Shown here piece by piece: positions 11,201-22,000 of a stretch of 64,000 bases of DNA (its first letter is position 1; each line of letters starts with the position of its first letter). The notes beneath the pieces are model-generated. The model had not been told where the DNA came from, made no database searches, and saw only the letters and a list, made by a program, of their open reading frames with translations. The translations under genes and the position numbers were made by a program. The stretch is taken from positions 806,001 to 870,000 of the forward strand of contig JAKMXF010000365.1 in NCBI GenBank assembly GCA_024704765.1, in the 5' to 3' direction. The stretch comes from Oopsacas minuta. Taxonomy: Eukaryota > Animalia > Porifera.

Positions 11201-14200
11201 TTATTTAATTATAATTTCATGAATATACTTGTAAATCTTTTGACCTGATCTCGCACAACAGAGATACACACCTGCATCGCTATCCTCAACTTGAGTAATT
11301 ACAAGATCATTATCAACAGAAGTAGGTGCGGATATTGTCTCCAAATTCTTACTCCATTTTCTGTTTGCAATAAGAGACGAGTTACAAGCAAGGTTTACCT
11401 GCTCCCCCTCAAATACTTCACGTATCTCACCATCATCATATGTATTTGGTAGCTGTATTGGAATAATATACGTGTAGCTTATTCTACCATTGACGTTAAC
11501 CGCATCACACTTGTACCTTCCTCCATAGTTAATATCAGGATCATGAATTGTGATCTCCTTCCTGCCTCTAGCTGACGCAATGTTCGTACTCTTTTTAAAA
11601 TTTATCCATGTATCGTTATGATACCAAGTGTAAGTTGGCTTTGGTTTACCTCGCACCGGGCAAGTTAGTGTAAATTGGTTGTGGCAATTAGGAGTGACTG
11701 TTCCCGGATGTGTTATTTGATTGTTAACTACTCTGATTTCTTCATTTTGTCTTGCTTCGACGGTTAATAGTTGCGTCCTCTCTGAAGTACCACAGGTAGT
11801 GTTTATCCGACAAGTAATTGGTCCTGTATCTTCTACTCTTGTCGATATCATCAGCTGTGCACTATTCACTCCCATCATGTCAAAGCTGAATCTTTTCGGT
11901 AAATCTGCTACAGCTGTTCGCTCTGTTCCCACTAAAAACTCTATTGAATTTGCTTGTATTACGTTACTCAAAGAACACTCTAATGTTATCCTTTCTTTTT
12001 CTTCTACAACCTGATCTCCTGTCATTTGTATACTCATCGGCTCACATATGGTTACTTCAAACATAGCTTCAGTATATCCGTACAGATTACTACCTGTACA
12101 ATTATAATTTCCCGTGTTAGAAACTACAGCATTATTGATTGTAATCTCATCTTCTTTGACGACAAGGTTATCTCCAGAACTCAGCTCAGCTCCCTCCAGC
12201 ATCCATACGTATATAGGCTCTGGGACTCCAAATATAGGACACCTCAGAATAACTTCAGAATTAACTCTGTGTATTTGTTCTTTTACGAATGGAATCTTCC
12301 AGGGCGGTGAAACCACAATTACTATGTGGTGCTGTGTGATTAATCTGTAGTCATTAAAAGAAATACACTGATATAGTCCTGTACTGTCCATGTCTATTTC
12401 CAGCGTGATACCATCTCCATTCAGTCGTGGATCACTGCTATCTATTTCAGTTAACACATTATTTGTTCCTAATGTTATTTCTTTCCAGATTGTTATCACT
12501 GAGCATTCGAATACATTTGGTTTTATTGGACAATCTAAAGTGAGAATGTTTCCTTCTACTTCTGTATGGTTAAGCCTGACTGCTTCGTATTGGAGTTCTC
12601 CACATGTCCTGACGCTTAAGAAACCTTCTGCATACGTATAGCCTATTAGATTTCTAAGTGTGCATCTGTAAGTTCCCTGATCACTACCTACAACACCTAA
12701 AATACATAGTGTGTAATCTTCATTAATGCTCATTCTTCCTTCATCTGTTAATTCTACGCCTTCTTTTGTCCATATTACTGCAGGTGTAGGATAACCCTGT
12801 AATAAGGAACAAACTAAACAAGCTGTCGATCCTACTTCTACATTCTGGCCAATTCGAGTGGTGTCTAGTCTTGGTGGTTGATATACAGTCAATTGAATTG
12901 AGAGATAATCACTTCCCAATCTATTAGTAGCTCTACACTCATAATTTCCATTATGTATATCTCTCTGTACGTTATTTATCAATAAATCTGGTAGTTCGTT
13001 AAATGAGATATATTCATCTTCACTCACTTGTTCATCTTGATAATACCAGCTGACTGACGGAGTAGGTGAGCCTGTAACGTCACAGAACAGTCTCACATTT
13101 CGACTCTCTGTTACTTTGTACTCTGCTCGTGTTGTTGTAATTGAGGGTATAGTATCTTGATTCTGGTACGAAGCAATACCGAAGTTTTTCCTACTTGACC
13201 CGACACAATTCGTTACTCTACACCAATATAGTCCTAAGTCCTGAGGTGAAAAGTTTGAAATACACAATTGCCATTCATTATTCTGTTCGTATTTAGCAGA
13301 GTTGCTTAGTAAAGTATTTTGTTTGTACCATTTATATGTGTAATCAAGATTAGTTACCAGAGGTTGACAGCTCAAACAGAAATCCTCATTCAGTATCGGT
13401 AAGGGGAGACTTGCGTCACTAAATGTAGGTAGATTTGTTTCTTGGAAGAAAGCTCTGAAACTATATGATTCCCATGAGAAAGGATTTGATGCATTACATG
13501 TATAGTCTCCTGTCTTGTCAATTGGAGCATCAATGACAATCAGGCTATTTTGAGAGTCTATTTCGAATCCATCTTCACCACTGAGTATTATCACGTCATT
13601 GAAATACCAGTTAATCTCAGGTATTGGGTACCCTGTTGCTTCACACGGAAAACTGACTGTATTTCCACTACAGAAGTCTTCTTTATCAGGAATAACTGTT
13701 ATTACAACCTCCTGTTTAACTCTAAGTTGATGTCTCTGTATCAACACTTCTCCACAACTAGCCACAATACACGTGTACTCACCATCATGTCCTGTAGTGA
13801 CACTTGTGAACGAGAGAATGGATCGGATTATCTGTCCTGATATTGTTGTTGTTACGTCATCACGTGGAACAGCTAGATTATCATCCTTATACCAACTGAC
13901 TGTAGCTCCCAGACCTCCTGTAACCCTACAGTATATATTAGCACTTCTTCCTACTGTAACAATAATGTCCTGTGGAATAGATGTAAAACTCGGCACAGTG
14001 CTAGCCGTCACAGTACAACTTTTAAACTTTGATCCGTATCTATTCCTTGCTTCACAATAGTATACACCAATGTCATTTGAGTTAGGATTCAGTATATCTA
14101 ATCTGCCACTAGAATATTTGTTATATTTTGATGACGTAGTTAATAGAGCTCCTAACTCTGTGTACCAGTAGTATGTCAGTGTAGACTCACTTTCTGCTTC

Positions 14201-15562
14201 ACAATCTAATCTTAAATTACTTCCGTAACATATGTTAGCATCACAATTTGTTGTTATTATTTCAGGTTCTGTCCCCATTTCGAGTGTGTATAACAATCTC
14301 TTGATTACATCTTCTTGTGTTACCAAACATGTTATTGTATTTCCATTATCAGTCTCATCTAATGGTCCTATCCTCATTGTGTTATCAATAAGTAAGTTGT
14401 ATTTATTCGAATTAGCCGTATCTATCTCAATATTGTTCTGCCACCAAGTTACTACAGGTTTTGGGAAACCAATATAAGCACAAGGTAGCTCTTTTATATC
14501 TCCCGCTATGTAGGGAGTTGTTCCACTCACTTGTGGTGTTGTAATATCAGCGTATACGTTAATACAAAAGCTAGCAGAATGTTGTTCTCCCCATTCACTT
14601 TCTACTTGTATGACATAATCTCCTGCGTGTTCCGCTCTTAACTGAACGATATCCATCCTCATATTGTTACTGTAGAAATACACTCCGTTTTCAGGCTGTA
14701 TTTTTATCAAAGAACTCCCATCGACTCTGAACCAACTCACACTCACTTCGTAGCTGAATTGTCGACTGAGTGTCACTCTTAGAGATACAGCACTTCTGAG
14801 ACTATAGTAACCGCATGTTGGATGGTTTACTATTCTAAGTGGGCTACCGAGCCGCACTTCCACAACACTTACATTCGTTTGAACACCATTATTTCCAGTA
14901 CACTGGTAATAGCCTTCATCATTTTGGTATGAGATAGTTGTCCTATAGGTACTCCCACCTGACTGAACCAAATCTCCGTTCCTATACCAGGTTATATAAT
15001 AATCTGGAATACTAATAACCATGCAATGCAGTAACAGTGTACTTCCTCTTTCAACATACACCACTGGTTTGAAATTGTTATCATAGTAAGATGGTTCTCT
15101 CACACTGAGTATCGTCTCTATGTTATTGTCTACAGGAGGAGGTTGAGTGGTTCTTGTTCCTTTTATATTTACCTCTGCCGTAGTTTGATATGAAGGTCTT
15201 ACTGTTGTTGTTGTTGTTATTCGTTCAATAGTTACAGTAATGGTTTCTGTAGCAGAACCCTCACTGTTAACAGCTTCACACATGTACTCTCCCGTATCGC
15301 TTAAGGTGGCGCTTGTTATAGTATATGATGAAAAGAACTCATTTCTAGCGATCCTAATTATAACCCCATTCTTCTTCCAAGATATAGTTGGTTGGGGTAT
15401 GCCGCTATAAGTACACTGTAAAGTAATTCTGCTGCCTTCCAAGAATATCCCTCCCTCCCTCGCGCCCCCTCCTACTAGCTTGGGCGGCCTGAGATTATTT
15501 CCAGCCCAGCTTCCCTGCAAAGTAAATACCAAAAGAATTGTACAAATAGCTAGTAAGTACAT
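11201..15562 (-). CDS. Secreted multi-immunoglobulin (about 15 Ig/I-set domains) hemicentin-like protein, single exon, 1453 aa
   Basis: Signal peptide MYLLAICTILLVFTLQGSWA; repeated C..W..Y.C Ig cores (e.g. CTYSGIPQPTISW..YMCEAVN, CDVTGSPTPSVSW..YECRATN); Thr-rich linker after Ig1; no transmembrane segment. TATA-like TATATAAA about 50 nt upstream. Confidence 0.9.
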   Translation of the reverse strand: MYLLAICTILLVFTLQGSWAGNNLRPPKLVGGGAREGGIFLEGSRITLQCTYSGIPQPTISWKKNGVIIRIARNEFFSSYTITSATLSDTGEYMCEAVNSEGSATETITVTIERITTTTTVRPSYQTTAEVNIKGTRTTQPPPVDNNIETILSVREPSYYDNNFKPVVYVERGSTLLLHCMVISIPDYYITWYRNGDLVQSGGSTYRTTISYQNDEGYYQCTGNNGVQTNVSVVEVRLGSPLRIVNHPTCGYYSLRSAVSLRVTLSRQFSYEVSVSWFRVDGSSLIKIQPENGVYFYSNNMRMDIVQLRAEHAGDYVIQVESEWGEQHSASFCINVYADITTPQVSGTTPYIAGDIKELPCAYIGFPKPVVTWWQNNIEIDTANSNKYNLLIDNTMRIGPLDETDNGNTITCLVTQEDVIKRLLYTLEMGTEPEIITTNCDANICYGSNLRLDCEAESESTLTYYWYTELGALLTTSSKYNKYSSGRLDILNPNSNDIGVYYCEARNRYGSKFKSCTVTASTVPSFTSIPQDIIVTVGRSANIYCRVTGGLGATVSWYKDDNLAVPRDDVTTTISGQIIRSILSFTSVTTGHDGEYTCIVASCGEVLIQRHQLRVKQEVVITVIPDKEDFCSGNTVSFPCEATGYPIPEINWYFNDVIILSGEDGFEIDSQNSLIVIDAPIDKTGDYTCNASNPFSWESYSFRAFFQETNLPTFSDASLPLPILNEDFCLSCQPLVTNLDYTYKWYKQNTLLSNSAKYEQNNEWQLCISNFSPQDLGLYWCRVTNCVGSSRKNFGIASYQNQDTIPSITTTRAEYKVTESRNVRLFCDVTGSPTPSVSWYYQDEQVSEDEYISFNELPDLLINNVQRDIHNGNYECRATNRLGSDYLSIQLTVYQPPRLDTTRIGQNVEVGSTACLVCSLLQGYPTPAVIWTKEGVELTDEGRMSINEDYTLCILGVVGSDQGTYRCTLRNLIGYTYAEGFLSVRTCGELQYEAVRLNHTEVEGNILTLDCPIKPNVFECSVITIWKEITLGTNNVLTEIDSSDPRLNGDGITLEIDMDSTGLYQCISFNDYRLITQHHIVIVVSPPWKIPFVKEQIHRVNSEVILRCPIFGVPEPIYVWMLEGAELSSGDNLVVKEDEITINNAVVSNTGNYNCTGSNLYGYTEAMFEVTICEPMSIQMTGDQVVEEKERITLECSLSNVIQANSIEFLVGTERTAVADLPKRFSFDMMGVNSAQLMISTRVEDTGPITCRINTTCGTSERTQLLTVEARQNEEIRVVNNQITHPGTVTPNCHNQFTLTCPVRGKPKPTYTWYHNDTWINFKKSTNIASARGRKEITIHDPDINYGGRYKCDAVNVNGRISYTYIIPIQLPNTYDDGEIREVFEGEQVNLACNSSLIANRKWSKNLETISAPTSVDNDLVITQVEDSDAGVYLCCARSGQKIYKYIHEIIIK

Positions 15563-16088
15563 GCTCCCACTGTTTCTCGTAGTATATACAGGAGTTGTTT
15601 AGTATACTGCTTTATATAGTGGAAGCGTATGTAGAAAACTGGCTTACAAAAGATGGATCGAATTACTTTTCTACATAATTGCATAATGTATTTGGTGTGG
15701 TAGGAAGTTTTGCTGCCAAATTATTGCATATTTCTTCCATACATAACCGATGTTATGGTAATCTGCAGCTTGAATGGATTCTAGTGAAAACACCTAACAA
15801 ATTACTGTGTATAATATATATGGCAATCCCACTATCAGATTTAAAATCACTCTTTATGGAAGTACTATTTTAATATGTTAGATTAACTCAATACTCACTT
15901 CCTTGATGTTCTTGCATTTATGCTATATGGGAATTAATTAATTAATTAATTCGAAATCATATAGTCACACACCTGGAATACAATTTGTCTGATTAATGTA
16001 AGTACGTAGTTACAGTTATATTTACGCAAATGCAATTATTAGAATATTCCTTTATACCTTTAATTGACCGTAGCTCCTTGTTGGAACA
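15563..16088. promoter_or_regulatory. Probable bidirectional promoter between the Ig gene (-) and receptor PTP 1 (+)
   Basis: 526 bp between divergent ATGs; TATATAAA on the minus strand at 15618-15611. Confidence 0.45.
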
Positions 16089-19000
16089 ATGCTGGCTTCC
16101 CAGTACATCTTCAACCTATGTTGTAACATAGAATTATTGATGATATTCATCGCAATTGGAACTATCATAGGAGTACAGGGGCTGAATAACACAGTACTCA
16201 CGCTTATGGTTCCGCCAGAAGCATATCCAGGTGGAACCATAGATTTATATTGTGAATCTTCTACCACGGGCCTATTGTACAGATGGGTGGATGTAGATTC
16301 TACAGAAATTATATCAGAAGATCAACAATACTCTCTTACCATTGCTGAAAGTACTGAAGTAATTTCTAGAACAGTCGAATGTCAAGCATATATCAGTAGT
16401 ATGGTTGTTGCGAAAGAATCTGCAACGTTTACAATTGTATTTGTGAGCAGAGTTACATTTGATATCAGAGAGCAGGATAGTATTAACCCACGAGAAGTTG
16501 TTATCCAGTGCTTCGCTTCTGCAACTGTTTCGAGAGCTCCTAAAATCTCCTGGTTTTACACTTCACTGACAGAAATAATTCAGATAAGTGTTTCTACCAC
16601 TGGTTACCAGCAAATAGGAAATGTGTTAACTATATTAAGTACAGATCCTGCAAGTTCAGGAGTATATGAATGTAGTGCTACCCTTGATGACGTAGCTTCT
16701 ACTACAAAGAATATGTCTACTACAGTACAGATATATTCTCCTCCTGTGGTCTCTCTACAGCAACCTTCTAATAGAGATGTGTTCTCTCCCATACAGTACT
16801 CTAGCTTCGAGATTACCTGTGACGTCACAGGACTTGATACACCGATGATTGAGTGGCTTGTGAATGGTCTCCCTCCTGACCCAACAGCTGTGACTTCTAA
16901 TATGCTAGTTATCACAGAACCTGGTATGTCAATAATTATTTACTACAATACATCCTCGATGATCCAAACAGCACACTACCAAATGTGAAGGAAACCCCGC
17001 TAAGTGGATTAAGTTCTGTTCGGATTAGCGATGGAATACTGTGTATTTACATAACTAATTGTTCACCTAACAACCTGTTATTTAGATGCTAACTCATTAG
17101 ATGTGATTACTGATGTTTCCTATATACAGTATTCTCTTACTATTTCAAGTGTACAGCTTGACTTAACTTCTGTATCGTGTCTTGCTTCTAACCACCTCGG
17201 TTCAGCACAAGTAGATGCTCAGATCCGTGTAGAGAGGCTAGGGAGACCGTGTGCTCCTCTTAATTTTATTCTGATTGGACACAATTCTTATTGGGTTGAG
17301 TTGAAGTGGAATATCAATACAAATTGTGAAGAAAAGTACTTTGCTTCTAGCTACATTTTGGAGTACACCTCGAGAGGTGTGGCTCTTAAAATAGAGTACT
17401 TCTTAACCCAAGGGGACGTTAGAAACATAGAATACACTTACATATTATATCATCTTTCACCATACACAGCTTATCAGGTTATATATGCACTTATTATAAT
17501 TATTTGAAGTGGATGCTTTAGATAGCTCATTTTAAATTTAGCTATTGCTTCATTCCTGCAGCTGATAATAACCATGGATATTTATGGTGTCTAATTAATG
17601 TCTAAACGTAGTAATTATTGTTTATTTATTTCAGATTCGTGTATCAGCAAGGAATGAGTATGGAACATCAGAGTACACAGAGTATATCACTGTAGTGACG
17701 TCACCAATAGACAAAAAGGTAATATTCTATTATGGTATTGAGAATGGAGACAGTGAGATGGAGCACGGTTACTATACACAGTCTATAGCTCTAAGAGCTA
17801 CTACTTCTATACCTGTGGGGAATCGTAGGATAGAATCTGTATATGTGTCTCCTTTCGGTGCATTCTCTCTAGACAGGAGGAGCTACTCCTGGTATCCACA
17901 GAGATTTGTACCTTACGGTTACATTCAACGTAAGTCTAGTGCTAAAAATTTACAAAAATTACCTAATACATTGTTATACAGTTTTATTCATTCTTTTATT
18001 TTGGGAGAGAATTTCAATTCTTTTAAGAAGTTAAATACACACCTCCATACTTAACTTTCATTAGAGTTTGCTATGGTCCTATCATCTTCTTGACTTTTCT
18101 ATCTTGATTAATTTGTGCTCCTTTTGATATTCCGTATGACTCTAGAACTTTGGAGGAGTTGAACAAATATTTGACACATCTAGATCGATTAGATGTGGGT
18201 TTTCAAGGTAGAGATTGTTACGGTTTACCCTTACTCTCTTTTGGTAGTCTTTTTGTGCTTGTATAATCTTCCTACGTATCAATGGAACATCTTCAAAGTT
18301 GAGCGTTTGAGAAGGGTTTTTCTGCATTTCTCTATTTCAGCTAGACTGACACAAGCTAATCTTGCTAATGGTTTTACTTCCAGTTTTGTGGGTTGATCTT
18401 TCCTTGATTTGGTGAAATTCTGCCTCTGTGTTTCACAAGACTATCCTTCTTCTCTCTACTTACCTCATCTCTCTTATTGTTATGGAACGGTACTTTTAAC
18501 TTAATCTTCTTCTCCATGTCAGGTTTTGTTTTCTCTTCTGGCAGACGACAGATAGGTTGACAGTACGGACTATCTCCGGTTTTATAGTTGAAACGGTTAT
18601 TTGCGAGTTGAATAGGCAGCTTTTTCTCTGTCAGACCTATTACTCTAGCTCCTGCAGCATAGTGTGCTACCACATGTGGATACTTACGCTCTTTCTTATG
18701 ATAGTACCATTCTATCATAGAGGAGAGCGCAGTCTTACGCATGAATTTAGTGAGAGCAGAGAATAGGAGAGATTGACTGTTTTTGTTTTTGCTGTCATCA
18801 CGACTTTCTAGGAACTTTTCTGTTGACGTCATGAGATGTAAAAATTCATAGAAATCTATTTTTCCATTTCCATCATCATCTATTACTACCAGTATATCAA
18901 TTATCTCTTCTTGTGTTAACTTAATGTCAACTGAACATAGAGCTTTCTCCAGTTCATCTGCATCAATTGTCCCTCCTCCATTCAGGTCGAACAGATTGAA

Positions 19001-22000
19001 TACTTCTTTGAAAGCTTCTACTTGCTTCTTTGTAATTCACATATTTTCTCTTGTGTTGCTTTCACGTCACCTATTTGCATAGGTTTGACAGAATTTACAG
19101 AAATGTTATCCATCTCTGTTTGACACTTTAGTGCGATAGCTTTCCTACGATTAGGAACAGAGACTCTGCGACCATCTTTCAACTCTTCTTCCTGTGTTTC
19201 TATTTTGTTATTAGTTTTTACTACCTTATTATTATCACACTTAACTTCTATAGAAGACAGATCTGTTAGAACCTCTTCCTCACTTTTACTTAGATCCGAT
19301 ATTCTCCACCTTTCTATATCTCCGTATTCTCTCTTCACTTCTATTGTTTTATCAATGTGTTCTGACATTTAATTTAATATAATTATATACATGTGTGATT
19401 CCTGCGGATTTTATTCTATTTTATACAGAGTTATATTCTGCATATTTCACTTGTTAGAATGATTGATTTTGATTCGTCCACACTAACGAAGTATGGTGCC
19501 TCTCAAACTCAAGTAAATAATTTTCAGTTGTTACTCAATACATTTCTTATATCAATTATCAACATCTCATTTGTCTTTTGAATTCATCCGCTATTGTTTG
19601 ATCACCTAGATCTCTACCTGCTGGCCCCGTTCTGGTCAGACATAGACTATAGTGAAGAAGGTAGTATATCATACAGAGTGTATCAGTCTGGAAATGATGC
19701 AGTCCATGATTCAGTGATAGAGGAGGCTACACAGCTGTCTATTTCACACGCTAATGCTGATACTAACTTCAAAGCTCTTGCTGTTATTGTAGCTACGTGG
19801 TCAGAAGTAGTACCCTGGGGGTATAAGACTGGAGATATGGAAAGAAATACATTCCAAGCTGCCATGGTTACAAATTATGAACAAACATATACTCTATACG
19901 GTTACAACTGTGGAGACATGTCATGGTCAGGCAGTCCTGCATACCCAACTTCCCCTGTAATAGGATTCAATGCAGGAGGAGTCCTTAACGCTAATCACCG
20001 CTTTTCTTATCAACCTAATTCACATGAGATTGCTTGTCGATTATCCATGAATTGTAAGACAATTTATCAATTAATTATACGATACAACTTAACTTGATAT
20101 CTCTTGTAGTTACCCTTACGATAGTGGGTTACAGGATCTCATTGAACTTAGACGAAATCAATCCAGCAGAATTAGCTTGTATAAGATGGTTTAGTAATGA
20201 TTTGACTATCAACAGTCATCTCCCTGTTACCGCTGCCTCAGCATTTCCCTGTCCTTGTAACTTTTTCCAAGCTATAGTTGATGCTCGTTACAGATATGAT
20301 TTCGTTGCTAGATCAACGGGTATATACAATTTCAATGTGGACTGTTTTGTGTCAAGATTTTCTGTTTCTGGAAATTTTCAAAGGTATTATCTACTTAATT
20401 ATAGGTTATTATTAAAATTGGTAATTATTACAGCAATTATTTCTCTTATGTAGATGTTGTTATGATTTTAGTTCAGATTCAAATTCTGCTTCCTTCCTCT
20501 CTTCTCTCGAACTTACCCCTGTAATAAACTCGGGTAATCAGAGAGGCTCCATCCTCTCAAGTAACCCCGTATTCTACCCCAGTGAGAGCTATCAGGAATA
20601 CAAAGAGAGAGATGAAGAAGGGTATGTACAGTGTTGTTCGTTGTCTAACAAATGTGATCTATTTTATCGGAGGAGACCTAGTCAGAATTGTGATCGTTAT
20701 GTATTCAGACCTTTCACTTGGGGGTTTGGTGATCCGCATGTTATTTCAATGGATGGATTTATGTATACATTTAATGGAATCGGTGAGTTATCTATATTAT
20801 TAAATCTCAAATTGTGTGTGTCTGTCACGTTCCCATATAGAAAAGATATAAGTTCAGTTCATAAAGTCCAGCACCAAATATTACACAACATAACAACATT
20901 GTACTGGGGTAATCGAGTATGCTGAGTCCGAATATGGTATTGTAAACAACATATTGTGAATATTTTAAGTAAGCAAATCTCAAATTCGTAGTAGATTCAT
21001 ACTTTCAACGACTATACTGGGTAATCGAGTATGCTGATTCCAAAAAATATTGTAAACAACATTTCATAAATATTTGTTCACTTTGATGACATAAAGGAAG
21101 CAGATTAAATATTATGGCAGTATCATGTTTGCTACGGTTAATATTATGAGTTTATGTACTCGAGGGCCGTAGGCCCGAGTGAGGCACGAAGTGTTCGCAA
21201 CCGCGTAGCGCGAACAAGCCCGCTATTATGTTTGAAATTTCTTGTTATTTTAATTTCATTCAATTAATATATTTACTCAATACTTTGTATAGGAGAGTAC
21301 TGGTATTTGTTCCCAGTGGAACAATGTGACTTCCAAGTACAAACTCGTACACAACCAATCAGAGATACAGAAGCAACTGTATTCACTTCTATAGCAGTTA
21401 GAATCAATAACTGTTCTACTGTGTTTGTGTCTCTGTTGGGCAGAGATGATCTGTCTCTATTTGTAGACCAACAGAATCGGACAGATGATATTCATTCAAG
21501 TAAGGAAATCATGGATGATTGTGTTAATATTGAGTACTTCCCACCAAATGGAACAGATGTGTGTGATAAGTTTCATTTTCATCTCATAATATGTATTTGG
21601 TATATTCTTAAAATTTGTAATACTATTTCTTTTTATTTTGAGATTTATATTGATTCTTTATTTCCTTTGATAGAAACCAGAGATTAAAATAGTTTATAAA
21701 AATGGAGCATTTCTAAACGTAAGAGCTAACACAGACCTGATCAGTATGAACTTCTCTCTCCCTGACAGCTGTAGAGACAGAACTAGTGGACTTATAGGTC
21801 AGTGGGATGGAGACATAAGTAATGACCTGTTGATGAGGAATGGTACTCTCCTGTCTCAGAATGTGACTGATAGAGAGAAAGAAGAGTTTGCTGATTCTTG
21901 GAGGATAACACAAGATGAGAGCTTTATGGTGTATGAGATGGAAACCTACGCAACAAACAAGTAATTATTCCGAATATGCTTCTTAATTTCATAACATTAA

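Noticed and set aside
11721-14477. Several + strand ORFs overlapping the Ig gene, and similar short antisense ORFs over AP3M1, CCDC180, NagB and the NHL gene
   Set aside because: Shadow ORFs opposite long genuine coding frames; no motifs.
19020-19045. Programmed ribosomal frameshift as the explanation for the EF-hand gene break
   Set aside because: No X XXY YYZ slippery heptamer or downstream structure is evident, and additional frame breaks exist further on.
20899-21075. Two ~60-bp diverged direct repeats (actggg(g)taatcgagtatgctga..attgtaaacaacat) in an RPTP1 intron
   Set aside because: Only two copies with no spacer array; not CRISPR-like; most likely a local duplication or repeat remnant.
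21155-21230. GC-rich palindromic motif cgagggccgtaggcccgag..cgcgtagcgcg
   Set aside because: Resembles the hairpin-rich ends of common invertebrate non-autonomous repeats; boundaries cannot be defined, so not called as a functional RNA.
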